DNA from: Bacilli bacterium
Lineage (GTDB): Bacteria; Bacillota_I; Bacilli_A; RFN20; CAG-826
Length of the DNA stretch: 64,000 nucleotides
Assembly (NCBI GenBank): GCA_045113315.1
Contig: JBGUIX010000006.1
Coordinates: 168,756-232,755, forward strand
Reading direction: 5' to 3'
The notes under the pieces: generated by a model
The model's input: the letters and a program-made list of their open reading frames with translations, nothing else
Told to the model about the DNA's origin: nothing
Database searches by the model: none
Shown: positions 48,502 to 59,137 of the stretch, in pieces
How the letters are laid out: each line of letters opens with the position of its first letter
Position numbering within the stretch: the first letter of the stretch is position 1
Position numbers and translations under genes: made by a program

Positions 48502-49347
48502 ATGAAAGTTGAAATCTTAAATCCTAAAGCTTACTGCGCTGGTGTATCTAACGCCATCTCTTTAGCCTTAAAAGTTAGAAAATATAACCCTAACAAAGAG
48601 GTCTATGTTTTAGGAATGCTTGTTCATAACAACTTTGTTGTTAAATCATTAGAAAAACAAGGTATTCAATCTGTTAATAAAATAGAAGATATTCCTGATG
48701 GGCAAATTGTTATTTTTTCAGCGCACGGGCACAAAAGAGAACTTGATGCCATCGCAAAAGAGAAAAACCTCACTATTTATGATTCAGTTTGTCCAAAAGT
48801 TTTGCATAACATTAAATTAATCGAAGAAAACCTAGAAAAAGGCCATCAAATTATCTATATTGGGCAAGCAGGTCATCCAGAGGCCGAAGCATGCTTATCG
48901 CTTTCAAAGAAAGTGATACTTTATGATAAAAATGTACTAAAAAACTACCAATTAATAAATGACGAATCACCTCTTGTGATCAACCAGACAACACTCAATA
49001 TTTTGGATATAAAAAAGGATCACGAAGACATTTTAAAGGTGTTTCCGAAAGCTAGAATTGCTGACGAGATTTGTGGCTCCACTAGATTAAGACAAAAAGC
49101 GATCACAGATTTATCTACTGATGTAGATTTAATCATTGTTGTGGGTGATCAAAAATCAAGCAACAGCAAACGTTTATTAGAAATCGCTAGGTCCACTCAT
49201 CCTCATGTTTCTTCCGTAATGATTTCTGATGCTAGCGAATTAGATGTTTCTTTATTGTTAAATAAAAACCACATCGTTATCTCCAGTGGCGCGTCCACTC
49301 CTAACGAGATTATTGATGAGGTTTATAATCGTATTATTAATTATTGA
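48502..49347 (+). CDS. ispH: 4-hydroxy-3-methylbut-2-enyl diphosphate reductase
   Basis: LytB-family conserved Cys (CAGV; CPKV) and SSNS motif. Confidence 0.85.
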   Translation: MKVEILNPKAYCAGVSNAISLALKVRKYNPNKEVYVLGMLVHNNFVVKSLEKQGIQSVNKIEDIPDGQIVIFSAHGHKRELDAIAKEKNLTIYDSVCPKVLHNIKLIEENLEKGHQIIYIGQAGHPEAEACLSLSKKVILYDKNVLKNYQLINDESPLVINQTTLNILDIKKDHEDILKVFPKARIADEICGSTRLRQKAITDLSTDVDLIIVVGDQKSSNSKRLLEIARSTHPHVSSVMISDASELDVSLLLNKNHIVISSGASTPNEIIDEVYNRIINY

Positions 49348-50114
49348 ATTACTTTTGGTAATTTTTCATGATCCACAGTCATAATTTCTAACGTTGGATC
49401 AAATGATAAGAGAATTTCCTTCATGGTCGGCATGAAGATTTTTTCTATTTCGTGAGGCATATCTAGATAATTAAATTTCGCATTTACTATGTCTCTACGC
49501 ACGTGATGAGGGGCATCACCTGAAATATAGATATCGCAACCTTCTTCTTTTGCTAGACGCCAACCACGAGAGCCTCCTCCACCGATAATACCGACTTTTT
49601 TAATCATTTTAGCGCCGCTATTAATCAAAAGAGCATAATCAACATTAAATACCGTTTTGGCAAATTTGGCGAATTCTTCGGCCTGTTTTGGAGATTTGAG
49701 TTCTCCGATTCTCATCATCATGTCTTTGACGGGTGTATATACATTCTTTAGCCCTAAGGCTTTAGTTAAAGCATCGTTCATGCCACCTTTACCGGTATCA
49801 AAGTTTGTGTGATAGCTATAAACAGGTATTCCTAATTTATCTACTCGTTCAACGAGTTCGCGTTTGCTCTCATCATATTTTAAGACCCTGGCTCTAGTTC
49901 CATAAATAAATGGATGATGGGTGATAATAACATCAGGTTTGAACTTTTCTACCATAGGTAGTGTTTCCCAGTCCATATCTAAAGATAAGAAAATCTTTTG
50001 GACTTTTCCTGGTTTTTTACCAGTCATTAAGCCGACGCGATCATGATTAAGCTTAGCGTATCTTTTTGGAAAGCTTTTCGCTAAATTTCTTAAAATTTCA
50101 TTCATCTCAATCAT
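49341..50114 (-). CDS. Nif3-family dinuclear metal-center protein (YqfO)
   Basis: HHPF and GDAPHH motifs; position next to trmK-sigA. Confidence 0.8.
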   Translation of the reverse strand: MIEMNEILRNLAKSFPKRYAKLNHDRVGLMTGKKPGKVQKIFLSLDMDWETLPMVEKFKPDVIITHHPFIYGTRARVLKYDESKRELVERVDKLGIPVYSYHTNFDTGKGGMNDALTKALGLKNVYTPVKDMMMRIGELKSPKQAEEFAKFAKTVFNVDYALLINSGAKMIKKVGIIGGGGSRGWRLAKEEGCDIYISGDAPHHVRRDIVNAKFNYLDMPHEIEKIFMPTMKEILLSFDPTLEIMTVDHEKLPKVIQ

Positions 50115-50773
50115 AAGATGGTTTCAATCCTTTTCTTTTCCGCATTTAGTTGTTCAACACGTGATTTAGGCAAATCTTTTTTGGCCAAGATATGGTCTAT
50201 TTCGACGATGCGGTTTTGATATTTTTCTTTAAAAGCCGTGCTTTTTTCTTGTCTTAAAATTGGGCCAAATTCCAAATCTTTATCGCCATAGAAAGCGATG
50301 TCAGCGCGAATAAATTTAATGATTTCATAGAAAACATCATCTTCTCTAACCATCTTTTCATCCGCGATTATGAAACCCATTTTTGATATTTCATCTCTCA
50401 CTTTTGGGATAGCGTTATGGGCATCCACGATTAAAGTTTGAATTTGTTTTAATTGTCTTGGACTATCTTTTAATATCTTAATGATATTATTTCCACCCAT
50501 TCCAGCGATAATCACTGTGTGGACTCCGCTTGGAAGGTCTTTTATACCATCGCTAAAAAGAGGGACAACATCATCTAATAAGTCTTTTTCTTTTAAAGCT
50601 TTTACTAAACGATTATATGGGCCTTTTTTGTTTTCGACAGCGTAACCATGTTCGATAATTCCACCTTCAAATAAGGCGATCATTAATTTACCATGATCCG
50701 CGCCGATATCAGCAGCGGTTCCTTTAGGAACCATCTTATAGATGGCTTTTAGTCTTTCGGAAAGATATTCCAT
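50111..50773 (-). CDS. trmK: tRNA (adenine22-N1)-methyltransferase
   Basis: SAM-binding DIGADHG; YqfN position downstream of sigA. Confidence 0.75.
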   Translation of the reverse strand: MEYLSERLKAIYKMVPKGTAADIGADHGKLMIALFEGGIIEHGYAVENKKGPYNRLVKALKEKDLLDDVVPLFSDGIKDLPSGVHTVIIAGMGGNNIIKILKDSPRQLKQIQTLIVDAHNAIPKVRDEISKMGFIIADEKMVREDDVFYEIIKFIRADIAFYGDKDLEFGPILRQEKSTAFKEKYQNRIVEIDHILAKKDLPKSRVEQLNAEKKRIETIL

Positions 50774-52041
50774 TATAGTTTTTCCTTATAATCTCCAAGT
50801 CTCTTACTACGGGTTGGATGTCTTAACTTTTTGATAGCTTTGGCTTCAATCTGTCTAATACGTTCACGAGTAACACCGAAAACTTTACCAACTTCCTCTA
50901 AGGTTTTTGGGCAGTGGTCATCTAAACCGTATCTAAGTCTAATGACTCTTTCTTCACGATCGTTTAAATCTTTAAGAATTGAATACAATTCTTCTTTTAA
51001 TAATTGTCTTGTGGTGTAATCCACTGGTGATTCGCTTTCTTTATCTTCGATAAAATCGCCGAGATGTGAATCATCTTCTTCACCGATTGGGGTTTCAAGA
51101 GAAACTGGTTCAAGAGCGATTCTTTTGATTTCACCCACTCTTTTTGGAGTTAATTCTCCACCCATCGCATCAGAGATTTCTTCATCTGTGGGTTGACGAC
51201 CTAATTCTTGAATCAGTTGTCTTTCCACTTTTGTCATCTTATTGATGGTTTCAACCATGTGAACTGGAATACGAATGGTTCTAGCTTGGTCTGCAATCGC
51301 TCTAGCGATAGCTTGTCTAATCCACCATGTCGCATAAGTTGAAAACTTATAACCTTTTGTGTAGTCGAATTTATCGACGGCTTTCATTAAGCCGAGGTTA
51401 CCTTCTTGGATTAAATCTAAGAATTGCATACCACGGCCGACATAATGCTTGGCCATGTTAACCACTAAACGTAAGTTACAGTTGATTAATCTTTGTTTAG
51501 CTTCTTGATCACCTTCAAGAATCTTTTTGGCTAAAATTGGCTCTTCCTCTGGCTTTAATAAATCGTATTTACCAATTTCTTTAAGATACATCTTCACGGA
51601 GTCGTTAACTCTGACTTCGCTACCTAATGTTAAATCGAGGTTATCGATATCGATATCTTCTGCTTCTTCATCCTCTCCGTCTTCTTCGAAGAAATCATCG
51701 TCATCATCTTCAGAGAAGTTCATCTTGGATTCATCGAACTCTTCTTCCTTTTCATCTTCTTCATCTTCTTCGTCTTCATTGACGACCTTAACGTTGTTAT
51801 CAGCAAAGAAAGCAATTAATTCGTCAATTGCGTTATCATCTAACTCGTAATTATTTAATGCATCATATATTTCACTCTGGGCGATAAAGCCGTCTTTTTT
51901 ACTCTTTTTTAAAAGAGTCTTCTCAATTTCCTCTAAAGTCTTGATATCCTCTGGGGGCAAATTACTTTTAGGGGCTTTTGCTTTTTTCTCTTTTGCGGCT
52001 TTTGGGGCTTCTTTTACTTCTTTCTTTCTAGCCATAATCAT
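50773..52041 (-). CDS. sigA: RNA polymerase sigma factor SigA (sigma70)
   Basis: Acidic region 1.1; regions 2.4 to 4.2 ([10 protein letters not shown]; [19 protein letters not shown]). Confidence 0.9.
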   Translation of the reverse strand: MIMARKKEVKEAPKAAKEKKAKAPKSNLPPEDIKTLEEIEKTLLKKSKKDGFIAQSEIYDALNNYELDDNAIDELIAFFADNNVKVVNEDEEDEEDEKEEEFDESKMNFSEDDDDDFFEEDGEDEEAEDIDIDNLDLTLGSEVRVNDSVKMYLKEIGKYDLLKPEEEPILAKKILEGDQEAKQRLINCNLRLVVNMAKHYVGRGMQFLDLIQEGNLGLMKAVDKFDYTKGYKFSTYATWWIRQAIARAIADQARTIRIPVHMVETINKMTKVERQLIQELGRQPTDEEISDAMGGELTPKRVGEIKRIALEPVSLETPIGEEDDSHLGDFIEDKESESPVDYTTRQLLKEELYSILKDLNDREERVIRLRYGLDDHCPKTLEEVGKVFGVTRERIRQIEAKAIKKLRHPTRSKRLGDYKEKL

Positions 52042-53846
52042 CTCTCCTTTTTCTTATCGTTCAGTTTTCTCATTTTTCTTCGATTGTATTCCGCCATAAT
52101 GCGGGCTTTTTCTAGTGGATCTTTACCAGCTATTGATTGTTGCAACATATCTTTTTCAAAGATCTTTTCTTTCTCTTCTTCTATAGAAGTTAAGAGATTA
52201 TCTAATAGTTCATCGGAACAATCTGCATTATGTGTATCTTCATATGAAAGCTCTGTTAATTCTTGAATCATCTCATCTTTGTTATCAAGTTCACTAATTT
52301 CTAATGAACTTATAAGGTCCACGATTTTGAAATTATCGTTAATTTTTGAATAATCGACGATGTAATTTGCGACTTGTCTATAGACTTCATCGTAGAATGA
52401 ACCAACTTTGTCTTCATAGAAAGCAACAGCTTTCGGTTCTTGTAACATCTGGAACAATAGTTCTCTTTCTGCAAGTTCAAGTCTTCTTAAAGCTTTTCTT
52501 TCAGGATGGAAACTAGCGATAACTTTACTTGGATTAGCGATATATTCTTCACTCTTTGCATTCTTTAATAGTTCTCGGATTGATTCGACTTCAAATCCTG
52601 TGACATTTGCTAATTTGCGAAGATAACTATCGAGTTCTAATCTGCTTTCAATATTTACTAAAATAGGAATAAAATTTTTCACTAAGGCTTTTCTTTGTTC
52701 CATTGTTTTTAATGGATTACTATTCTTATAGTAATTTAAAGCGAAATCTATTCTATTAATGAGGTTATTCACGTACACTCTTAAGGCTTCTGGTCCATCT
52801 TGATTTAATATCTCATCTGGATCTTTTGGACTATTTTGATTGTTAACGATGGAGACATTTAATCCTTCATCCGCTAAAAGTTTGCTAGCCTTAAGCATTG
52901 CTGTCTGTCCTGGTAAGTCACCATCTAGACAAAGTCTAATCTCAACATTTAAACTTCTTAACAAAGCAACGTGTTCTTTGGTTAATGCTGTACCCATTAG
53001 GGCTACTGCACTATCAATGCCGATTTTTGAAAGAGCAAAGACATCCATAAATCCTTCACATACATAAATGAATTCATCATGCTTCGCACTTTCTTTAGCA
53101 ATGTGGTAGTTATATAAGACGCTAGATTTATGGAAAACATATGTTTCAGGTGAATTTATATACTTTGCTTCATCTGTGTTTTTGATTCTTCTAGCGCTAT
53201 AGCCGATAACATTACCATAGGCATCACAAACTGGGAAGATAACTCTTCCTTGGTTTTTATCGGTGAATGAACCACTGATTAATGTGGCAACGCCGATTTC
53301 TTCCATGGTGTTGAATGAATGGCCTTTACTTTGTAAAAAGTTACATGTAGCCTTGCCATCTTTAAAAGCGTAGCCGAGTTTATATTTTCTTCTAATACCT
53401 TCATCTAAATGACGTTCATTGAAATAATCTAAGCCTTCTTTACCCTCTTCGGTATTTAAGGCGTATTGATAATATAGAGTCAGATCACTTAAGCATTTAA
53501 GCATAGCTTCTTTACGAGCATCAGCTGGAGCCTTTGGTTTAGCAATCTTTTCTAATCTTGGATCACTATATCCATTAATTTCTGCGACTTTTCTAAGAGC
53601 TTCCATATAGGAAATGTGTTCGAATCTTCTTACGAAGGTAATTGCAGAACCACTAACACCACAGCTCCAACAAGTAAAGACACCTTTAGTTGGAGACACG
53701 GATAAAGAAGGATTAGAGTCATCATGGAATGGGCATATCCCCCAATAATCTTTTCCCTTCTTTGTAAGTTTCATATAAGAAGAGATAGTTTTGACTAAAT
53801 CCGAGTTCTTAATTATATCATTTGTTAATTCAGTTAAGTCGCTCAT
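52038..53846 (-). CDS. dnaG: DNA primase
   Basis: CHC2 zinc finger [10 protein letters not shown]...CWSCG; TOPRIM (EGFMDV; DGDLPGQ). Confidence 0.9.
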   Translation of the reverse strand: MSDLTELTNDIIKNSDLVKTISSYMKLTKKGKDYWGICPFHDDSNPSLSVSPTKGVFTCWSCGVSGSAITFVRRFEHISYMEALRKVAEINGYSDPRLEKIAKPKAPADARKEAMLKCLSDLTLYYQYALNTEEGKEGLDYFNERHLDEGIRRKYKLGYAFKDGKATCNFLQSKGHSFNTMEEIGVATLISGSFTDKNQGRVIFPVCDAYGNVIGYSARRIKNTDEAKYINSPETYVFHKSSVLYNYHIAKESAKHDEFIYVCEGFMDVFALSKIGIDSAVALMGTALTKEHVALLRSLNVEIRLCLDGDLPGQTAMLKASKLLADEGLNVSIVNNQNSPKDPDEILNQDGPEALRVYVNNLINRIDFALNYYKNSNPLKTMEQRKALVKNFIPILVNIESRLELDSYLRKLANVTGFEVESIRELLKNAKSEEYIANPSKVIASFHPERKALRRLELAERELLFQMLQEPKAVAFYEDKVGSFYDEVYRQVANYIVDYSKINDNFKIVDLISSLEISELDNKDEMIQELTELSYEDTHNADCSDELLDNLLTSIEEEKEKIFEKDMLQQSIAGKDPLEKARIMAEYNRRKMRKLNDKKKER

Positions 53847-53888
53847 ATAACAAAGTTATAAAATTACTAAAAAAATACTAATAAAATA

Positions 53889-55265
53889 CTAGAAGAATGT
53901 TTTGACTGATAAGTATTTAACAAGTTCATTAATTGGTAATCTAATCTGTTGCATAGTGTCTCTATCTCTGATGGTAACGGAGTTATCGTTAGGTGTATCA
54001 AAGTCCACTGTAATACAGAATGGAGTACCGATAGCGTCTTGACGACGGTATCTCTTACCGATACTACCGGTATCGTCGTAGACGACATTTAAATATTTGC
54101 AGAGAATGGTTTCAATTTCTTTCGCCTTCTCTTCTAATTTTTTACTTAAAGGTAAAATTGCGGCTTTATATGGAGCTAGAGCTGGGTTTAAATGCATGAC
54201 TATTCTAGTTTCGTCATCATTGCCCACTTTTTCTTCATCATAAGCATCGCATAAGACCATTAAAACCAAACGGTCTAAACCGACGGATGGTTCGATACAA
54301 TATGGAACATATTTCTCTTGTGTTTCAGGATCTAAATATTCTAAAGACTCACCACTATATTCCATATGACGTTTTAAATCGTAATCGGTACGATCGGCAA
54401 TACCCCAAACTTCGCCCCAACCGAATGGGAATAAATATTCGATGTCTGTTGTGGCTTTGGAATAGAAGGCAAGCTCCGCTGGTTCGTGATCACGATATCT
54501 TAAATTTTCTGGTTTAATGCCTAAAGAATCGACAAAGCTTAAGCAATGTTTCTTCCAATAATCAAACCATTCTAAGTCTTCACCTGGTTTGCAGAAGAAT
54601 TCTAATTCCATTTGGTCAAATTCTCTGGTTCTAAAAGTCATTTGCCCTGGAGTAATTTCATTTCTAAAAGCACGACCAACATTACAAATACCTAAAGGTA
54701 ATTTCTTTCTGGTGGTACGAACAACGTTTTTGAAGTTAACGAACATACCTTGTGCAGTTTCAGGTCTTAAATAAACCGCTGATTTGCTATCTTCGGTAAC
54801 ACCGATATGAGTTTTAAACATCATATTGAATTGACGAATATCAGTGAAGTTTTCGCTGCCGCAGTGTGGACATTTGACATGGTTTTGATGGATAAAATCC
54901 ATCATTTGATCATTTGTCATACCATTTACATCTGCTTCTGGGAACTGTTCTTCAATTAATTGGTCCGCTCTAAATCTTTGTTTACATTTTTTGCAGTCAA
55001 TTAATGGATCGTTAAACGTTTTGACATGTCCAGTAGCTTCCCAAACGCGTGGGTTCATTAAAATAGCAGCGTCGATACCGACGTTCATTGGACATTCTTG
55101 GACGAACTTCTTCCACCACATTTTGCGGATGTTCATCTTAATTTCACTACCTAATGGTCCATAGTCCCAAGTATTGGATAAACCACCGTAGATTTCACTA
55201 CCCTGATAATAATAGCCTGAGACCACAAAGTGGTTACAAACCTTATCAAATTCAAATTTTGCCAT
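53889..55265 (-). CDS. glyS: Glycyl-tRNA synthetase (single-chain class II)
   Basis: Class II motifs (FRNEITPG; GLDRL); 458 aa. Confidence 0.9.
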   Translation of the reverse strand: MAKFEFDKVCNHFVVSGYYYQGSEIYGGLSNTWDYGPLGSEIKMNIRKMWWKKFVQECPMNVGIDAAILMNPRVWEATGHVKTFNDPLIDCKKCKQRFRADQLIEEQFPEADVNGMTNDQMMDFIHQNHVKCPHCGSENFTDIRQFNMMFKTHIGVTEDSKSAVYLRPETAQGMFVNFKNVVRTTRKKLPLGICNVGRAFRNEITPGQMTFRTREFDQMELEFFCKPGEDLEWFDYWKKHCLSFVDSLGIKPENLRYRDHEPAELAFYSKATTDIEYLFPFGWGEVWGIADRTDYDLKRHMEYSGESLEYLDPETQEKYVPYCIEPSVGLDRLVLMVLCDAYDEEKVGNDDETRIVMHLNPALAPYKAAILPLSKKLEEKAKEIETILCKYLNVVYDDTGSIGKRYRRQDAIGTPFCITVDFDTPNDNSVTIRDRDTMQQIRLPINELVKYLSVKTFF

Positions 55266-55354
55266 AATATAATCTCCTAAAAAGACACGCTAAAAAGAAT
55301 ATAGTTTAATTATACCCTTGTCAACACACTATGAGTGTATTTTTTCTAATTTTA

Positions 55355-56062
55355 TTATTTAATAAGTGTAAAAGATTTTAGTCTCACACCAAACGAATCT
55401 ATTATAAATTCACAGAATTTATTAAGAACCACTAAAGCGTCTTCCTTTTCATAAGGAAAATCGACGTTTTCTGGATCATTAGTGTTAAACGCAGCTCTTA
55501 ACAAAAGCATTTGATTTTTATTTAAGTCTCTTTCCATATCTTCCTTAAAACAATTACCACATACGAATCCACCTTCATTAAATGAGAAGGTGACAATGTG
55601 TTCTTTCTTTCCGCAAAAAACACAGTGATTGACATCAAATTCATATCCACTAGTCTTTAATACTTTCGCGGTATAAGCTAGGATAACGAATAAGCCTTTT
55701 TCATCCTTTTTAAGTCCGTTTAAACTTTTGGATAAAAAGTCATACATTTCTGTTTTTTCATCTTCTTGTAAAAGAGCTTTGGTAATCTCGGCGATATACA
55801 TCAAACCACTTAAGTAACTTAAGTTACTATTCGATTTTAAAGGTGTATCAAGGATAGAAGCGGTTTTTAAAACCGGATATTTCTGCTTTCCTTCGCTTAA
55901 TTCAATGTCGGCTTTCACCATAATGTTATTAATCGCCGCGTTTTTATTTTTTGGATCGAAAATGCCTTTTGCTAGAAAAGTAATTAATCCATCTTTTGAA
56001 AGGGATTCAACGATCCCATCTTTTTCTTTATAAGGGGTAATTGATAAAACAATTATTTCCAT
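55355..56062 (-). CDS. recO: DNA repair protein RecO
   Basis: N-terminal OB fold, C-terminal Zn motif CVFCG...CGNC. Confidence 0.8.
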   Translation of the reverse strand: MEIIVLSITPYKEKDGIVESLSKDGLITFLAKGIFDPKNKNAAINNIMVKADIELSEGKQKYPVLKTASILDTPLKSNSNLSYLSGLMYIAEITKALLQEDEKTEMYDFLSKSLNGLKKDEKGLFVILAYTAKVLKTSGYEFDVNHCVFCGKKEHIVTFSFNEGGFVCGNCFKEDMERDLNKNQMLLLRAAFNTNDPENVDFPYEKEDALVVLNKFCEFIIDSFGVRLKSFTLIK

Positions 56063-56064
56063 CT

Positions 56065-56952
56065 TTAATTTTTCTTATATTTATATCCGTAATTTTCTAA
56101 AGATTTGTCATCATCTCTCCAACCCGGTTGAACTTTGACAAATAATTCTAAAAAGACATGTTTATGCAATAAAATCTCGATATCTTTTCTTGCTCTAGAA
56201 CCAATTTCTTTGATTCTTTGCCCATTTTTACCGATAACGATTCCTTTTTGACCTTCTTTGTCAACGATGATAGAAGCTTTAATATGCATTGGGTTAGATT
56301 CATAATCGATATCGTCCATATATATCGCGGTGGCATGAGGAACTTCATCTCTTAAATTTCTAAGAACTTTTTCTCTAATAATTTCCTTGATTTGGAAAAC
56401 GATGTCTTTATCGGTTATTTCTTCTGTTGAATAATAAGCCGGTCCTTCAGGAAGAAATTCAATGATCTTTTTTAAAAGTTCATCGATATTAAATCTTTCC
56501 TTAGCGACTGTATCAATCATAAAAGCTTGAGGACATCTCTCTTCGTAAATCTTTTTAAGATTTATAACTTTATCAAGTCTCGCTTCATCAATCTTATTAA
56601 AGACGATGATTAATGGGTAGTTTTTGATATCTAGATGTTCTAAAAGATATTCATCCCCTGGCCCAAACGATAAAGAAGCATCCACTACTAAAACATTCAC
56701 ATCCACATCGTGAGCGGCGCTATAGGCCATATTATTCATCTCAACACCGAGTTTTTCTTTCGGTTTATGAATACCAGGAGTATCAGTAAAAACAATCTGT
56801 ACTCCATCGGCGTTATAAATACCCTTAATTGAGTTACGAGTGGTTTGTGCCTTGTCAGTAACGATACTAACTTTATGATTTAAAATGCCGTTCAACAAAG
56901 TTGATTTTCCGACATTTGGTCTTCCTAAAATCGAGACAAATCCAGATTTCAT
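56065..56952 (-). CDS. era: GTPase Era
   Basis: GRPNVGKST, DTPG, NKID, C-terminal KH domain. Confidence 0.9.
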   Translation of the reverse strand: MKSGFVSILGRPNVGKSTLLNGILNHKVSIVTDKAQTTRNSIKGIYNADGVQIVFTDTPGIHKPKEKLGVEMNNMAYSAAHDVDVNVLVVDASLSFGPGDEYLLEHLDIKNYPLIIVFNKIDEARLDKVINLKKIYEERCPQAFMIDTVAKERFNIDELLKKIIEFLPEGPAYYSTEEITDKDIVFQIKEIIREKVLRNLRDEVPHATAIYMDDIDYESNPMHIKASIIVDKEGQKGIVIGKNGQRIKEIGSRARKDIEILLHKHVFLELFVKVQPGWRDDDKSLENYGYKYKKN

Positions 56953-57353
56953 TATTTCAAATCCTCAGGAGAGAAAGCGAATGGTAATAACTCAACAGCG
57001 TTAGTTTCTTTGACATCACCTTTGACATTGCTCATATAAATTGGAGCATCACTTGGGAAAAGTTCGCTGATGACTTGACGGCAAGCTCCACAAGGAGAAC
57101 ATGGTTCATCAGTTGCAGCGCATAGCGCTAATGCGACTAAATCTTCTTTCTTATAACCATTTAAATAAGCATTATATAAAGCATTTCTTTCAGCGCACAT
57201 ACATAATGGGTAGGAAGAATTTTCGATGTTTGCCCCTAAAAACACTTCTCCATCCTTGGTAAGTACAGCTGCACCGACCGCGAAATGGGAATAAGGTGAA
57301 TAGGATAAGGCTCTAGCGCCTTTGGCTTTTAAAATTAATTCTTCTTTGTTCAT
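56952..57353 (-). CDS. cdd: Cytidine deaminase
   Basis: CAERNA...PCGACRQ zinc-binding motifs. ATG at 57353 (MNKEEL) preferred. Confidence 0.85.
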   Translation of the reverse strand: MNKEELILKAKGARALSYSPYSHFAVGAAVLTKDGEVFLGANIENSSYPLCMCAERNALYNAYLNGYKKEDLVALALCAATDEPCSPCGACRQVISELFPSDAPIYMSNVKGDVKETNAVELLPFAFSPEDLK

Positions 57354-57354
57354 G

Positions 57355-57810
57355 TTATTTCTCCTTTGGAGGCAATATTTCATCCTGCAATTTAAACATC
57401 ACTTCTTCATCTTTTTTGGTCATATGATCATAACCGAGAAGATGTAATAAACCATGGACGAATAAGAAAGATAATTCTCTTCTTAATGGATGACCGTATT
57501 CCTTTGCCTGTTCTTTGGCTTTATCAATTGAGATATAAATATCTCCTAAAGAAACCGGACCTTTTTTGCTAAGAATTAGGTTTCTATCATCTTCTCCATC
57601 TAAAAAGGCGAAAGAAATGACATCCGTGGGTCGATCAACTTTTCGATATTCACGGTTTAGTTTATGAATAAATTCATTATCTACAAAAGTGACACTTAAA
57701 ATTGGGTCACATTTGAGTTTGAGGTGTTTGAAGGTTCTTTCAAGTAAGGAAAGATAGATATCTTCATATTCCTCATATCCGGGAATTTGGCTAATGAAAT
57801 CGAGTTCCAT
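57355..57810 (-). CDS. ybeY: rRNA maturation endoribonuclease YbeY
   Basis: HGLLHLLGYDH metal-binding motif. Confidence 0.85.
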   Translation of the reverse strand: MELDFISQIPGYEEYEDIYLSLLERTFKHLKLKCDPILSVTFVDNEFIHKLNREYRKVDRPTDVISFAFLDGEDDRNLILSKKGPVSLGDIYISIDKAKEQAKEYGHPLRRELSFLFVHGLLHLLGYDHMTKKDEEVMFKLQDEILPPKEK

Positions 57811-57844
57811 GGGGAATTATCATAGCACACCCGCACGTTTTTAT

Positions 57845-59047
57845 CTATTCATTTTCTTTTTGGCGTCTCATCCTATTACCGAGTTTGACTTTAACTTTGT
57901 TAAATTCATCGATGTCTTCGTTCATGTTCACAATCGCATCCATCGCTTTATATAAACTTAACGAAATACAGGAATAAAAAATGACATAAGGTGTTGATGA
58001 AATACCACATAAATGCATCGTTAGTAAGGCGGTCGCAATAATTAAACCAGCATAGATATAAGCGCTCGCTAAATTCATATAGCTATAATCGTAAGCTAAT
58101 TTGTGTAAATTATGTGCCTCTTCTTTAAAAGAAGATACGTCGCTAACACTATCTAAAGAATTCTCTTTGGCTTCAATTTGTGTTTTCTTGTTCTTTAAGA
58201 ATGGATTAACGACGAATAAATCGAATAGAACCAAAACTAACGGAACAACCACTAGCAAAGCATTTCTTCGATCATTTAATAATATTAAGACCACTAAACT
58301 AATCGAAGTTAAAATCAATAAGACATAATGAAGTGGGCTAGATAATGATAATTTCTTAAATTGTTCAAACCTAAATAGATAATCTTTTAAATGATCATTA
58401 GGCACCAATTCTTCTTTGAAGAAATAATCATCTAGTTTCTTCATCATGTTATAGCTTATCGCCCTTAAGAGTAATTCGAACAAAATCGCCCCTGCTAAGA
58501 ATATGAAAGGAACATAAATCGGTGTGCCGTCTTTCACAAAATAAACCGCTAGTAAAACTAAGCCCACTATTAAGGCTTCCATAAACCCTAATAGGATGCG
58601 ACTGGTTAAAGATAATGGATTAAAACTTTGATATGGACATTTCCTCTCATTATAATCATCGATCATTAGTCCAGTTCCATCCCATATAGAAATAAATTTC
58701 TTTAACGGCATGGATGTCTTTCCTTTACTAGGATCGAGGTAAAAGACGCGATTAAACTTCACTCCTGTCACTAGAACTGCGTGTTTAGCGTCATTTTCAA
58801 GGCTTAAGGAAAGAATTAATGGAAAGGATGTTTCTTTACCTAACTCATCTTTTTCCTCCACTTTAAAGCCTTTTAAACTGAGCCCATATTCATAAGCGAT
58901 TTCTGTTAAGTCGGTAAATGAATATAGACCATGATTTTCGTCCTGCGGTATGAACAAGTAATTCTTATCCTTGTTTAGATTAGCGAGTATCATCTTTAAA
59001 CAAGCAAATCCGCAGTCATCTTTTTGAATCTGTGGGATATAAAACAT
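57845..59047 (-). CDS. Orphan peptidase-C39-domain protein fused to a 5-6-helix membrane domain; no ABC ATPase
   Basis: N-terminal QKDDCGFACLKM (C39 Cys), AKHAVLVTG (His), YLDPSKG (Asp), then hydrophobic helices. No Walker or signature motifs. ATG at 59047 sits 7 nt after AGGAGG of motif copy C; the ORF-track start at 59197 reads through the motif and the dnaJ terminator. Confidence 0.7.
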   Translation of the reverse strand: MFYIPQIQKDDCGFACLKMILANLNKDKNYLFIPQDENHGLYSFTDLTEIAYEYGLSLKGFKVEEKDELGKETSFPLILSLSLENDAKHAVLVTGVKFNRVFYLDPSKGKTSMPLKKFISIWDGTGLMIDDYNERKCPYQSFNPLSLTSRILLGFMEALIVGLVLLAVYFVKDGTPIYVPFIFLAGAILFELLLRAISYNMMKKLDDYFFKEELVPNDHLKDYLFRFEQFKKLSLSSPLHYVLLILTSISLVVLILLNDRRNALLVVVPLVLVLFDLFVVNPFLKNKKTQIEAKENSLDSVSDVSSFKEEAHNLHKLAYDYSYMNLASAYIYAGLIIATALLTMHLCGISSTPYVIFYSCISLSLYKAMDAIVNMNEDIDEFNKVKVKLGNRMRRQKENE

Positions 59048-59103
59048 AAAATCTCCTCCTATATCACAAATAGGTAGGGGAAAAGCCAAAATGTTCAAAA
59101 AAA
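59048..59103 (-). promoter_or_regulatory. Conserved leader element, copy C (minus strand)
   Basis: Reverse complement reads TTTTTGAACATTTTGGCTTTTCCCCTACCTATTTGTGATATAGGAGGAGATTTTATG. Confidence 0.5.
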
Positions 59104-59119
59104 TTTTTGCAAAAAGAAA

Positions 59120-59137
59120 GAGACTCATAGGAGTCTC
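59120..59137 (-). terminator. Terminator hairpin at the dnaJ stop (bidirectional)
   Basis: GAGACTC-ATAG-GAGTCTC flanked by A5 and T6; overlaps the dnaJ stop codon. Confidence 0.7.

Noticed and set aside
51527-51850. 107-aa poly-Ser ORF on the plus strand
   Set aside because: Antisense of the acidic region 1.1 of sigA; compositional artefact.
55266-55354. T-box upstream of glyS
   Set aside because: Only about 90 nt of spacer, with no T-box consensus. It contains a promoter-like TATAAT and a short hairpin only.
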